This document shows, one piece after another, positions 13,375-25,214 of a DNA stretch of 64,000 bases. The position numbers and the translations under genes are program-made. Below the pieces are notes generated by a model. It did not search any database and was not told where the DNA came from. It worked only from the letters and a program-made list of their open reading frames with translations. Position 1 is the first letter of the stretch, and each line of letters begins with the position of its first letter. Source of the DNA: Mobula hypostoma (Eukaryota); assembly GCF_963921235.1 (NCBI RefSeq), contig NC_086097.1:192822001-192886000 (forward strand), read 5' to 3'.

Positions 13375-14290
13375 TATTTTATTTATTATTTTCTACAAAC
13401 TACAGCGCAGAAGAAAAAAATCAATAGTATAAATAGAAGAATCATTGCAATACAGTCAAAAATAGCAATAATACATGTCTTAACAAATGAGCAAGTCACC
13501 CATATTAAAAATGAAAAATTGAAAAGGAAAGCACCCAACCCACCCACTGTCCAACTCCAAGCCAACCATTATTAGTATAAATATTTGAAAGGGCATTTGA
13601 GATAAACTTTTGTCACCCCAGAGCTATATATTGTGGGAAACAGAGAAATGAATAATAATTTAAAAAGCAGCCTGCTACCTAATCAAAGAATCAGAGAAAG
13701 CTGGAAATGCAGGATCTGATTATCAAGGGAAGAAAAAAAATACACCTGTCAATCTGGGTGAGAATTATGAAAATATTCAAGAAAAGGTCCCCACACATTA
13801 TGGAAATTTATGTCGGAATTAAAAAGTGAATAGTAAATCTTTTCAAGATCTAAACAAGACATAATATCCCTAAGCCATTGAACATGGGTAGGGGGAATTA
13901 CATCTCTCCACTTAAGGAGTACTGCTCGTCTAGCTAAAAGAGAGGCAAAAGACAGTGTTCTTCTTTTAGCCAGGATCAAATGCTTGTCAGAGTCTCAAGA
14001 AATACTGAAAAGACCGATCAAAGGATCAGGTTCCAAATGACAATTTAATATAGAAGATAAAGTTTTAAAACATCTTTCCAAAATTTTTCCAAAGTAGGAC
14101 AGGCCCAATACATATGAATAAGGGAAGCCTCACCTCCTTTGCATTTGTCACACCAGGGACTAATATCAGGATAGAACTTCGCCAATTTGGTTTTAAACAT
14201 ATGAGCCCTGTGGACAACTTTAAACTGCAAAAGACAATGACGAGCCCATAAAGAAATTGAGTTAACTGACTTAAGAATTGGTAACATGTT
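13375..14290 (-). mobile_element. L1/Tx1-clade LINE 3' end
   Basis: LLQFKVVHRAH...CDKCKGGEASLIHMYWACPTLEKFW (C-terminal CCHC, 14045-14287) and LLARRAVLLKW...WLRDIMSCLDLEK (13749-13979), with an A-rich tail on the minus strand. Confidence 0.9.
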
Positions 14291-14773
14291 TTAATTATAT
14301 CAATTGATGCTAATAGGTGAACTCTTCAATAACAATGTAATCTTTAAAATGAACAGGAAATATTTTGATCTTCAGTAAATAATTAGGTAAGGAACCAGAA
14401 ATGGCTTGAAATGTACAGTAGTTGTTATTAGTAAAGTTTTTAAAAGAACTCTCAACAAAAATATATTTTTCCTTCTGGAGATGTTCTTGTTTCCTGTATG
14501 TAGATACTATTTATTGAATGATTCAGGCTTAAGAAATTTTATTTCTAGGAATGAATTATAGTGTGCTCCTAAAATATCAACTTTAATTTCAAACACATAG
14601 AGGTGAAAAAATGTCTATTTCGTCTCTGTGACAATGACATTCTTGTAGGTCAAAGCCTGGGTGCCGTTTTAGGAATCTGTATTGATCAATATATCAATAA
14701 AATGCAGAAGTCTTCTCACTAGAAATGAACAGATCAAAGGGTCATAGATGTATTGATTTTAGAAATGTCATAC

Positions 14774-14847
14774 TTTGTGAATCTGACCAGCAACATTTAT
14801 GACTTGAACGAAGCCTGATGTATGCATCCAATTGATATGATTGTTAA
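14774..14847 (-). CDS. Candidate exon 6 of minus-strand gene (VNNHINWMHTSGFVQVINVAGQIHK)
   Basis: tttctacag acceptor and AAA|gtatga donor, 74 nt. Only the phase 1->0 frame is open, matching the upstream exon that ends in phase 1. Confidence 0.55.
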
Positions 14848-15589
14848 CTGTAGAAACCGCCTATGAAATGTTGTAACATGGTTTTATCAGTCCTTGAGCT
14901 TTTTTTAAAAAATTCCCACAATTAGCTTTAGAAATATACCACTTTTTATAAATGCCACAGCATCCATACCTTTAAACAGCCTTTTGAGTAAACATTTAAA
15001 AGAACCAATCATAAAGCAAATTATTCCACTATTTAACACTTGAAGTCACTACTTAGTGAAATGTAAAGCTATACAAATTTGCAAGTCCGGTTGTGATTCA
15101 TGTCCTATGCAGAGACAACTATTTTAAACCCAGGGAAGCAGACAGTTACATAATTAGGCTTGCCTCTATACTTTCGGGGGGGGTGGGGGAATCATCAAAC
15201 AATTCCAATTCTACTTGGCTACCATTGAGGCTTGCTGAAAAAGTAGTGGTGTATATTTTTTTGAGAATATATCAACCTTTCACAAGAGGGCCTTCAGATT
15301 GCATAGACCTGGTGAGATGGTCAACCATGAAACAGTACCACATCAAAAACTGAAACAGGAGAAAAGAACAAAGCAGAAAATATCTTTTGAAATGTTTGAG
15401 GTTTTTTTATGATCAGATCATTAAGAAAACAGGAATAGATCTTTCAGTCAACCCTACCATCCAAAAGATTAAACATTCCCCAAGTTCACTTTCCAGGCTT
15501 TATCCTATAGCCCTTGATTACCTAAATGTCTCAGTTAAAATGTACCTACAGACACTGTCTCCACAGCTCTCTGTGCCAAGAAAGATTAT

Positions 15590-16060
15590 GTTGGAGGTGA
15601 GCTTCACTAGGATGTTGCCTGGGATGCAGCATTTCAATTATAAGGAGAAGCTAGCGAGGCTGCATCTATTTTCTTTGGAGCAGAGGAAATTAAGACAAGA
15701 CTTGATTGAAAATGTGAATTTAAGAGGGATAGAGATAGGTTAGACTTCAAGAAACTTTTCCTCACATCATGGTAGATCAAATGAAATGACATAAATCAAG
15801 AGTAAGGGGTAAAAGATCTGAAGGGGGTTTGAGAGTGATCTTTCTCAGCCAGAGAGTGGTGAATAGATGGAATACGCTGCCAGAGAGGGTGGTGGAAGTA
15901 GTGTTGCAGACAGCATTTAAGAAATATTTCAACCAGCACTTGAATAACCAGTCATACCTTTGCATGTACAGGCCATGTTCTGAAAGGTGGGATTAATTTG
16001 TATAAGTGTCAGCAGATCCAAATTTATCATAGTGGCTGTTTTCATGTTGCATGACTCTAA
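15590..16060 (+). mobile_element. Old CR1 3' fragment
   Basis: FTRMLPGMQHFNYKEKLARLHLFSLEQRKLRQDLIE and a QRVVNRWNTLP remnant. Confidence 0.8.
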
Positions 16061-17519
16061 GACAATATAAATTGTGAACAGCAGCTGTCCAGAACTGATT
16101 TTTGTAGCAGGTCATTACCACTATTACCACTATTCTTCCATTGACAACACCTACCCTTCACTCCCACTCTCTCTTCTCTGTCCTGAAGCCAGCTAATAAT
16201 TCAATCTGCTGTTTGTTGCTTAGCTCCTTATTCTGTAATATTATTCATGAATCTTTCATGGGTTACCTCATCTAAAGCTTTTGGAAATACTTGATAAATT
16301 AATTCTACTGCATTACCATTGGACATCTACTCTGCTAAATATCTTAGCTGTCCATGCCGCCTCCAGCACGACACCTTTTTCAAAAGAAATGTTTTATATA
16401 TGTGGTAATAATGGTTCAGCAATCCCCTTTGTTAATAAGGTGCATGGTTGTAATTTATCCAGATCCTAGGCTTCATCCACTTGAAGTTTAATTAGTTTAT
16501 GCAATATATCACCATTTTCTATTTTAAATTCAATTATCATTGTATTTGAGATGATAACTGGTAGTACTGAAATTCAACTTGGCTTATCATTCAAAAAGTA
16601 AATTCCTCCAAATTTCAAAAATCTGAAAAAAGAACTAGAACTGACAGAAATACTCAGCAGGTCAGGCAGCATCTGAAAACCACTTCTTATAGGAGATTAT
16701 TGAAACATCACTCCTTTTTTATCAACGGTTCCCGTCTGATCAACTGAATATTTTCAGCATTTTCCCTTTTTGTTTATATTGTATGTTATTGTCTGCTTTC
16801 CTTTTCTCCACTGGCAATTCCTGGGTGATTGAGTTAAAAATGGGACTAGGGGACATTTTGCTGTAATGAATGTGAATCTGCATGGGAGGATCCTAAACGT
16901 AGTCAATGATTGCATCTTCCACAACTTAAAGTTAGGTAGGATGAAAGGAAAATGTGATTTTAAAAATTATCTTTATCCTTAAATGTTTCAACCCTGCTGT
17001 TGGCCAGATGTACACCATCCATAGCCATTTTACAGATGTGTCTCCACCCTCTGGCTTACCACCTTGAATGAAAAAAAACATCAATAGGTGGCATACAAAA
17101 TCTTTGCAATGTATGGCTTATCATAACTGAATGGCTGCCAATAAGTGAAATATACATGTGAGGCTGTAGTAGTGTTGAGTACGTGAGAGGGTAGTGATGC
17201 AGATTAATTTTACGTACAAGTACTAATTGATCTAGATTGTTGGTAGTCACTGACTAAGCAGTGATTAGGATGTGGTGTACAATGTATTCTCTGACATTGC
17301 CCATGACAGTTTCTAGTAACACTCAGTTTGCTGGGCTTGATTCTTGACATTGACTGTCTTGACTATCTGCTCCAACTACATCCTGTCAATAGACTCCAAC
17401 TCTACTTCCGATCACTGTCTTCTAAGTGCACATTTGGACAACATAGCAGCACAGCCTATTACACGTTCTACCATTCTTTAAATTATTCCATGCCAATTTG
17501 CCTGTTGAACTACTAAATT

Positions 17520-18470
17520 GGTAAAGTTGTTTATTATTGTCACTTGTACTGAGATACAGTGAAAAATGTTTGGCACGCCATCCATACAGATCATTTCATT
17601 ACATCAGTACATCAAGGTAATATAAGGAAAGTATTAGCAGAATGCAGAATATAATCTTACAATTGCAGAGAAAGTGCAGTGCAGACAGTCAAGAAGGTGC
17701 AAGGCCACGAGGTGGTAGTTTGTGAGGTCAGAAGTTCATTTTACCATACAAGGGGACTATTCAATCTCTCTCTCTGGCTATCCATCCCATAGGATGATGA
17801 TGGTTCCTTTCAGTCAGTTAGTGGGGTTTATACCCCACTCCTCAGAAAGGAACAGCGTGTGCATCAATGGATTTTAGGTGAGTAGGGCATTGCACAGGTC
17901 TCGACCCACCCTCTTGACATCCCCTCCCGGATCCAGCAGCATGGTGGGGTCCAAGACGGCTGGGGGAAGTTCTTTTGCAGTGACTGGCCAGACCAAGCTT
18001 CGATGCAAGGGATACCCTTTCTGCGCTTCATGGCACGTGTTTGCTAAATGGCCGTTGACCTTCCGAGTGGTTTCATCCGTCCTTTGACAGGTCTTGTTTT
18101 TCGTCCTGCAGGGTGTCTAGCCACCCTCCTCACCAGGCAAGCCTGGCGGGGGAGCCGGTTTAGTCGCCGACCACGCGACCATGCGACAGGTAGTACTGGG
18201 TTACATGGTACCAGTAGCACTCAGATGAGTGACCTGACACCAACTATTCAATAGCGTTGCAACAGCAGGACAGAAGCTGTCCTTGAGTGTGGTAGAACAT
18301 CCTTTCAGACTTTTGTATGTTCTGCCTCTCCAGAGGAAGAAGAGAGAAGGTTTGGGATAGAAGGTGTCCTTTAAGTATCAGAAACTGTAGTTAGAATCCA
18401 TGGAAAGGAGATTGTTTGTCGTGAGGTGCTGAGCTCTGTCTACAACTCTCTGCTCTTTATTGCAGTGTTT
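17520..18470 (-). mobile_element. Rex1-like 3' fragment interrupted by an RTE-like SINE
   Basis: Degenerate Rex1 3' end and UTR, similar to 33555-34160 and 54700-55310. Confidence 0.6.
17766..18242 (-). mobile_element. Non-autonomous retroelement (RTE-like SINE) with 10-bp TSD
   Basis: TSD actattcaat at 17756-17765 and 18243-18252, (GA)n tail on the minus strand, CpG-retaining body. Confidence 0.75.
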
Positions 18471-18946
18471 CAAACCACAGCGCGTCTTTCCTTTATCAGG
18501 AACTGGTTAGCTTTAGTTTTACCTAGTAAAGTTTATTGGCATTAGTCAATAATGATATTGAAATAAAAACAGAAAATGTAAATACTCACCAGGTTAGCCC
18601 ACATCTGTGGAAAGAGAAACAGAACTAATATTTCAGGACAAAGAATATAATTTTCACATCTTTATGGATATATCCAACTAGTTATGGTCTTATGGTCAAT
18701 AACATTACTGGTGCAGGCTAGATGGACAAAATATAAAAAGATGGATAAATTGTATAAATAAGAATGTAGTATAAAATTGGGTTGTTAATGTTTGTGTTCA
18801 ATGAGTTAATTGTATATCATTATCTCTACATCTGATTAAGTTGTTATTTACCTTAACAGGCCACAGGCCAATGTGTAAATGAATCTTGAGGTCAAATTAT
18901 GGAATATCCTTGGGTTTTTTTGTAAAGCCAAGTGCTATCCAAATTA

Positions 18947-19707
18947 CACACATCAAAGTTGCTGGTGAACACAGCAGGCCAGGCAGCATCTCTAGGAAGG
19001 GGTACAGTGGATGTTTCAGGCCAAGACCCTTCATCAGGACTAACTGAAGGAAAAGTTAGTAAGAGATTTGAGAGAGGGAGGGGTGATCCAAAATGATAGG
19101 AGAAGACAAGAGGGGGAGGGATGGAGCCAAGAGCTGGACAGGGAGCGGAAGTTTGAGAAGTCAATGTTCATGCCATCAGGTTGGAGGCTACCCAGACGGA
19201 ATATAAGGTGTTGTTCCTCCAACCTGAGTGTGGCTTCATCTTTACAGTAGAGGAGGCTGTGGATCTAACTTCCGCTAATGCCGTACCTCCCCCTCGTACC
19301 CCATCCATTATTTATTTTTATACACACATTCTTTCTCTCACTCTCCTTTTTCTCCCTCTGTCCCTCTGACTATACCCCTTGCCCATCCTCTGGTTCCTCC
19401 CCCCCCCCTTGTCTTTCTCCCTGGGCCTCCTGTCCCATGATCCTCTCATAGCCCCTTTGCCAATCACCTGTCCAGCTCTTGGCTCCATCCCTCCCCCTCC
19501 TGACTTCTCCTATCATTTTGGATCTTCCCCTCCCCCTCCCACTTTCAAATCTCTTACTAGCTCTTCTTTCAGTTAGTCCTGACGAAGGGTCTCGGCCTGA
19601 AACGTCGACTGTACCTCTTCCTAGAGATGCTGCCTGGCCTGCTGCATTCACCAGCAACTTTGATGTGTGTTGCTTGAATTTCCAGCATCTGCAGAATTCC
19701 TGTTGTT
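18947..19707. mobile_element. Penelope-derived insertion with two inverted pLTR arms
   Basis: Minus-strand arm about 18947-19260 and plus-strand arm about 19265-19707. TSD tgctatccaaatta at 18933-18946 and 19708-19721. Sequence is shared with the 3' end of the PLE at 11830-12330 (EEQHLIFRLGSLQPDGMNIDFSNF). Confidence 0.88.
19575..19610 (+). ncRNA. Minimal type I hammerhead ribozyme motif
   Basis: AGTC CTGACGA AGGGTCTCGGCCT GAAA CGTC GACT: core CUGANGA and GAAA, stem I AGTC/GACT, short stem II, palindromic ACGT stem III, GUC cleavage triplet. Confidence 0.65.
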
Positions 19708-21287
19708 TGCTATCCAAATTAAGTTTGATCCCTGTGTCCCAATTAACATACGAAGAAAGGGCAGTTTTTAAAAAAGGCAATTTTTATTTGTATATAACAT
19801 CTTTAACAAAAATACAAAAACACATTCCACAGAAGTGTTATCTAACAACAATTAACATAATGCAACTTGAAGACCAATGATCAATAACAATAGGTATAGG
19901 GGAAGGAGTTTAAGGCATTTCATAACCTACGGTCTTTATTTCTGAAGACAGGCTGGCAATGATGCACCAATTAAACTGGAGAATGTTCAAATAACCAGAA
20001 TTGAAAGAGCACAAATAGAAGCTATTTTGGGTTGATGGAGGTCTTAGAAATTGTGACGTGCTAAAGGGTCACTGGTGATAGTAGATGGGTGATCACCAGG
20101 AGAAGTAAAGCAAGTAAGCAGTCAGCGCAGGATACCACTGTGGCCATTATCCTCAGCAGGATACTGCTGGCAGGGATGACCTATTAGGACACTGTAGCAG
20201 CAGCAGCAGCTCGGCCAGTGGCACTGTGGACAGCTCTGAGGCTCAGCGGGAAAGGGTAAAGTCAAGCAGAGCAACAGTGATAGGTATGTTGCCTCCCAGG
20301 TGCTAGAGTCCAGGATGTCTCAGAGAAGTTGCAGAAGATTCTCAAGAGAGGGGATGAGCAGCCAGATGCCACGGTGCACATTGGCACCAATATCATAGGT
20401 AGAAAGGGGAAGAGGTTCTGCATAGTGAGTATTAGAGATGGGAAGAGGCTGAAGAACAGGACCTCCAAAGTAGTCATCTCTGGATTACTTCCAGTACCAT
20501 GTGCTAGTCAGGTTAGGAATAGGATGATAGTGCAGATCAATGAATGGCTGAGGAGGTGCTGCACGTGGCAGGGTTTCTGATTTCTGGATCATTGGGAATC
20601 TTTTCTGGAGAAGGTATGACCTGTAAAAAAAGGATAGGTTACACATGAACCCAATATCTTTGTGGGCATTTTTGCTAGAGTTGCTGGAAGAGTTTAAATT
20701 AATTTGGCAGGGGGGTGGGAACCAGGGTGATGGGGCAGTTGGTTTACAAGTAGGTGCAGTGAGACTGTGAGGAAGGACAGGCAGATGATGGAGCAAAGTT
20801 GCAGTCAGTGCGATGAGTTGAAGTGTAAAATGGGGGCAAAATCAAAAAGTATGACAAACACAGGACTGGATGCAGTGCTATATTTGAATGCATGCAGTAC
20901 AGTACACGGAATGATGTAGCTTAGTTCGAGACTGACAGGTATGATGTTTTGGGTATCTGAGTCATGGTTGAAAGAAGATCATAGTTGGGAGCTTAACATT
21001 CAAAGACACAGATTGCATTGAAAGGGCAGGCAAGTAGGCAGTGGGGAGTGGGGTAGCTTTGCTGGTTTAAAAAAAATAAATCAAATCCTTAGGTAGAGGT
21101 GACATATAATCAGAAAATTTTAAATCCTTATGGGTAGAGTTAGAAACTGCTAGTATAAAAATACTCTGGTGGATTATATACAGGCCTTTGAACAGTAGTC
21201 AGAATATGGGATATAAATTACAACAGGAGATAGAAAATGCATGTAACTCAGGGAATGTTACAATAGTTATCCAATCAATAATCAATG

Positions 21288-21635
21288 AGAGGCATTGATC
21301 GTGTGGATAGTCAGAGGTTTTTTCCCCAGGGCTGAATTGGCTAGCACGAGAGGGCACAGTTTTAAGTTACTTGGAAGTAGGTACAGAGGAGATGTCAGGA
21401 GTCAGTTTTTTTTATATAAACGCAGAGAGTGGGGAGTGCGTGGAATGGGCTGCCGGCGGTGGCGGGAGGTGGAAACGATAGGGTCTTTTAAGAGACTCCT
21501 GGATGGCTACATGGAGCTTAGAAGAAGAGAGGGCTATGGGTAAAGCCTAGGTAGTCCTAAGGTAGGGACATGTTCGACACAGCTTTGTGGGCCGAAGGGC
21601 CTGTATTATGCTGTATGTTTTCTACGTTTCTATGT
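21288..21635 (+). mobile_element. CR1 3' fragment nested in CR1
   Basis: FFPRAELASTRGHSFK, with a (tttctatg)-type tail. Confidence 0.85.
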
Positions 21636-22569
21636 CATGAAAGATTACTATACACAGGGAGACTGGGAAAGTCAGGTTGGTGCTGGAAATCAAGAGAGGC
21701 ATTTTGTAGAGTGCTTACAAGATGGCTTTTTAGAACAGCTCAACTTTGAGCCTACTTGGGGAAAGGCAGTTCTGGATTGGGTGTTGTGTTGTGAGGCAGA
21801 TTTGATTAGGGAGCTTAAGATAAAGGAACAATTAGTGAGTGATCATGATAAAATTCACCTGGTAATTTGAGAAGGAGAAGCTAAAATCAGTATTACAGTG
21901 CAGTATAGGGAATTACAGAGGCATGAGAGGGGAGCTGGTCAAAATTGCATGGAAGATGACACTAGCAGGGATGAAGACAGAACAGCAATGGCTGGAATTT
22001 CTGGGGGGAATTCGGAATGTGTAAGCTAGATACATCCCAAAGATAAAGAAGTACTCTAAAGGAAGGTTGAGGCAACCGAGGGTAACAAGAAAGTCAAAGA
22101 CAGCATAAAAGCAAATCAAGAGGGCATACAGTATAATATAGCAAAAATTAGTGGGAAGTTAGAGGATTGGGAAGCTTTTAAAAACTAGCAGAAGGCAACT
22201 AAAAATGCCATAATGAGAAAAAACATGAAATATGAAGCAAGGCTAATCAATAATATAAAAGAGTTACCAAAAGTTTTTCAGATTTACAAAAAGAAAACGA
22301 GAGAAGAAAGTGGTTATCAGGCCACTGGAAAGTAATACTGAAGAGGCAGTAATAGGGGACAAAGAAATGTTGGGCAAACTTAATAAGTATTTTGCATCAG
22401 CTTTCACTGTGGAAGACACTATCACAATGTAAGTAATTCCAGAGTGTCTGTGGGCAAAAATGAGATTCGTTGCTATTAGTAAGGGGAAGGTGCTTGGGAA
22501 TTTAAAGTTCTGAAGGTAGATAAGTCACCTGGACCAGAGGTAGTCGAAGAGATTGTGGAGGCATATTTT

Positions 22570-22840
22570 GTATTTATTTATTGAGATACACCATGGAATA
22601 GGCCCTTCTGGCCTTTGGAGCCACACCAGCCAGCAACCCTCGATTTAAACCTAGCCTAATCATGGGACAATGTACAATGACCATTAACCTACTAACTGGT
22701 TCATCTTTGGCCTATGGGAGGAAACTGATGCACCTACAAAAAGCACACCTATTCCACTGGAATGATTTATAGACTCCTTACAGATGACATTGGAATCTAC
22801 CGCCCTGAGCTATAATAACATCACGCTCACCGCTACACTA
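22570..22840 (-). mobile_element. V-domain SINE nested in CR1
   Basis: Homologous to 5440-5702 (aataggcccttctggcc...cctagcctaatcatgggacaa). Confidence 0.75.
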
Positions 22841-23093
22841 GTAATGATCTTTCAATCATCACTAGATTTTGGAATTGTTCCAGAGGATTGAAAATTGCAA
22901 ATGTCACTCCACTATTCAAGAAGAGAAGGAGACAGGAGAAAGGAAATTATATGCCTGTTAGTCTAACCTCAGTGGTTGGGAAAATGTTGGAGTGTATCAT
23001 GAAGGATGAGGTTTCAGGGTAGTTGGAGACAAATTATAAAATAGGCGAAAGTCAGCATGGTTTCCCTAAGGAGATATCTTGCCTGACAAATCT

Positions 23094-24521
23094 TGCCTTT
23101 CATGGCCACTTTGAAAGGGAGAATATAACTACAGCTGTGAGAGAATATACCTGCACCTGGTGACCCTGTAATCTCTGTCTCGGTGGCCAACGTCAGGCTG
23201 TCCTTCAATAGAGTGAACCCTTGCAAGGCAGCAGGCCCTGATGGAGTACCTGGTAAGGTTGTGAGGACTTGTGACAACTAACTGGCAGGTGTATTCAAAG
23301 ACATTTTCAACCTCTCACTGCTATGGGTGGAAGTTCCCACCTGCTTCAAAAGAGCAAGAATTGTACCAGTGCCCAAGAAGAGTAGTGTAAGCTGCCTTAA
23401 AAGACTATTGTCCAGTAGCACGCACATGTATGGTGGTGAGATGCTTTGAGAGCTTGGTCATGGCTAGAATCAACTCCTGCCTAAGCAAGGACCTGGACCC
23501 ACTGCAATTTTCCTACCGCCACAATAGATCTATGACAGACTCAATCTCAATGGCTCTTCACGCGGCCTTAAATCACCTGAACAATACAAACACCTACTGT
23601 ACGTCAGGATGGTGCTTCTTGACTAAAGCTTAGCGTTTAAAACCATCATTCCTACAATCCTAATTAAAAACCTACAGAATCTGGGCCTCTGTACCTCCCT
23701 CTACTATTGGATCCTCTTTTTCCAAACTAGAAAAACAGAAGCAGTGCAGATTGGTAATGACACCTCCTCCTCGCTGATGATCTAATCTACTCTGGCATAC
23801 CTCAAGGATGTGTGCTTAGCACTCTACTCTCTCTATACCCATGACTATGTGACTAGGCATAGCTCAAATGCCATCTATAAATTTGCTGATGATGCAACCA
23901 TTGTTGGTAGAATCTCAGATAGAGATAAGAGGGCATATAGGAGCGGGAAATACTAGCTCGTCAAATGGTGTCACAGCAGCAACCTTGCACACAATGTCAA
24001 TAAGACCAAAGAACTGATTATGGACTTCATAAAGGGTAAGTCGAGGGAACAAGGACCAATCCTCATAGAGGGATCAGAAGTGGAGAGGGTGAATATTTTC
24101 AACTTCCTGGGTATCAAGATCTCTGAGAAACTAACCTGGTCCCAACATATCAATGCAGCTATAAAGAACACAAGACAGCAGCTATGCTTCATTAGGAGTT
24201 TCAAGATATTTGGTTTGTCACCTAAAATACTTAAACTTCTACAGATGTACTGTGGAGAGCATTCTGACAGGCTGCATCGCTGTCCAGTATGGGGGGGGGG
24301 AGGGCGGGGGCTGCTCTACAGGATCGAAAGACATTGAACACATGACCACTATCTCACTTGTTTTACGTTTGCACTACTTTTAATTTAACTATTTAAAATA
24401 CATACAATAAATATAATTACTATAATAGAGTTTTTTAATATTTATCCTGTATTGCATTGTACTGCTACTGCTATGTTAACAAATTTCACAACATATCCCA
24501 GTGATAATGAACCTGATTCTG
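23094..24521 (+). mobile_element. Rex1/Babar LINE nested in CR1
   Basis: KAAGPDG, DPLQFSYRHNRS, KFADD and FNFLGIKISEKLTWS motifs; attctg tail; aaatct duplicated at 23088-23093 and 24522-24527. Confidence 0.9.
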
Positions 24522-24675
24522 AAATCTGTTGGAGCTATTTGAGGAAATAACAGGCAGGATAGACAATGGAGAGTCAGTGGATGTTGTTTACTTGGATTTT
24601 CAGGTGGTCTTGGACAAGGTGCTGCAAATGAGTCTGCGAAACAGGATAAGAGCCCATGGCATTAGAGGAAAGATA

Positions 24676-25214
24676 AGACCATAAGACATTGGAGCACAAT
24701 TAGGTCATTCAGCCATGTGAGTCTGTTCCGCCATTCCATCATGGCTGATCCCAGGTCCCACTCAACCCTATACACCTGCCTTCTCACCATATTCTTTGAT
24801 GACCTGACGATCAGGAAACTATTAACTATTAACCTTGAATGTACCCATGGACTTGGCCTCCACTGCAGTCTGTAAGAGAGCATTCCACAGATTCACTACT
24901 CTCTGGCTAAAAAAAAAAATTCCTCCTTACTTACGTTCAAAAGGTCACACCTCGATTTTGAGGCTGTGACCTCTAGTTCTGGATGCCCCCACCATAGGAA
25001 ACATCCTCTCCCCATCCACCCTATCTAGTCCTTAGAACATTCGGTAGGTTTCGATGAGATCCCCCTGCAATTTTCTAAATTCCAGTGAGTACAAGCCCAA
25101 AGCTACCAAACACTCCTCATATGTTAACCCTTTCATTCCCGAATTATCCTTGTGAACCTCCTATGGATTCTTTCCACTGATTACACATCTTTTCTGAGAT
25201 ATGGAGTGCAAAAT
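24676..25214 (-). mobile_element. CR1 3' fragment nested in CR1, opposite strand
   Basis: taagaccataagac tail; homologous to 868-1400; agata duplicated at 24671 and 25215. Confidence 0.85.

Noticed and set aside
15275..17170. Candidate minus exons FLMWYCFMVDHLTR... (about 15350) and VMISHTLQRFCMPPIDVFFHSR (about 17060-17128)
   Set aside because: Each has one good splice site, but I could not fit them into the chain without breaking phase. Not excluded.
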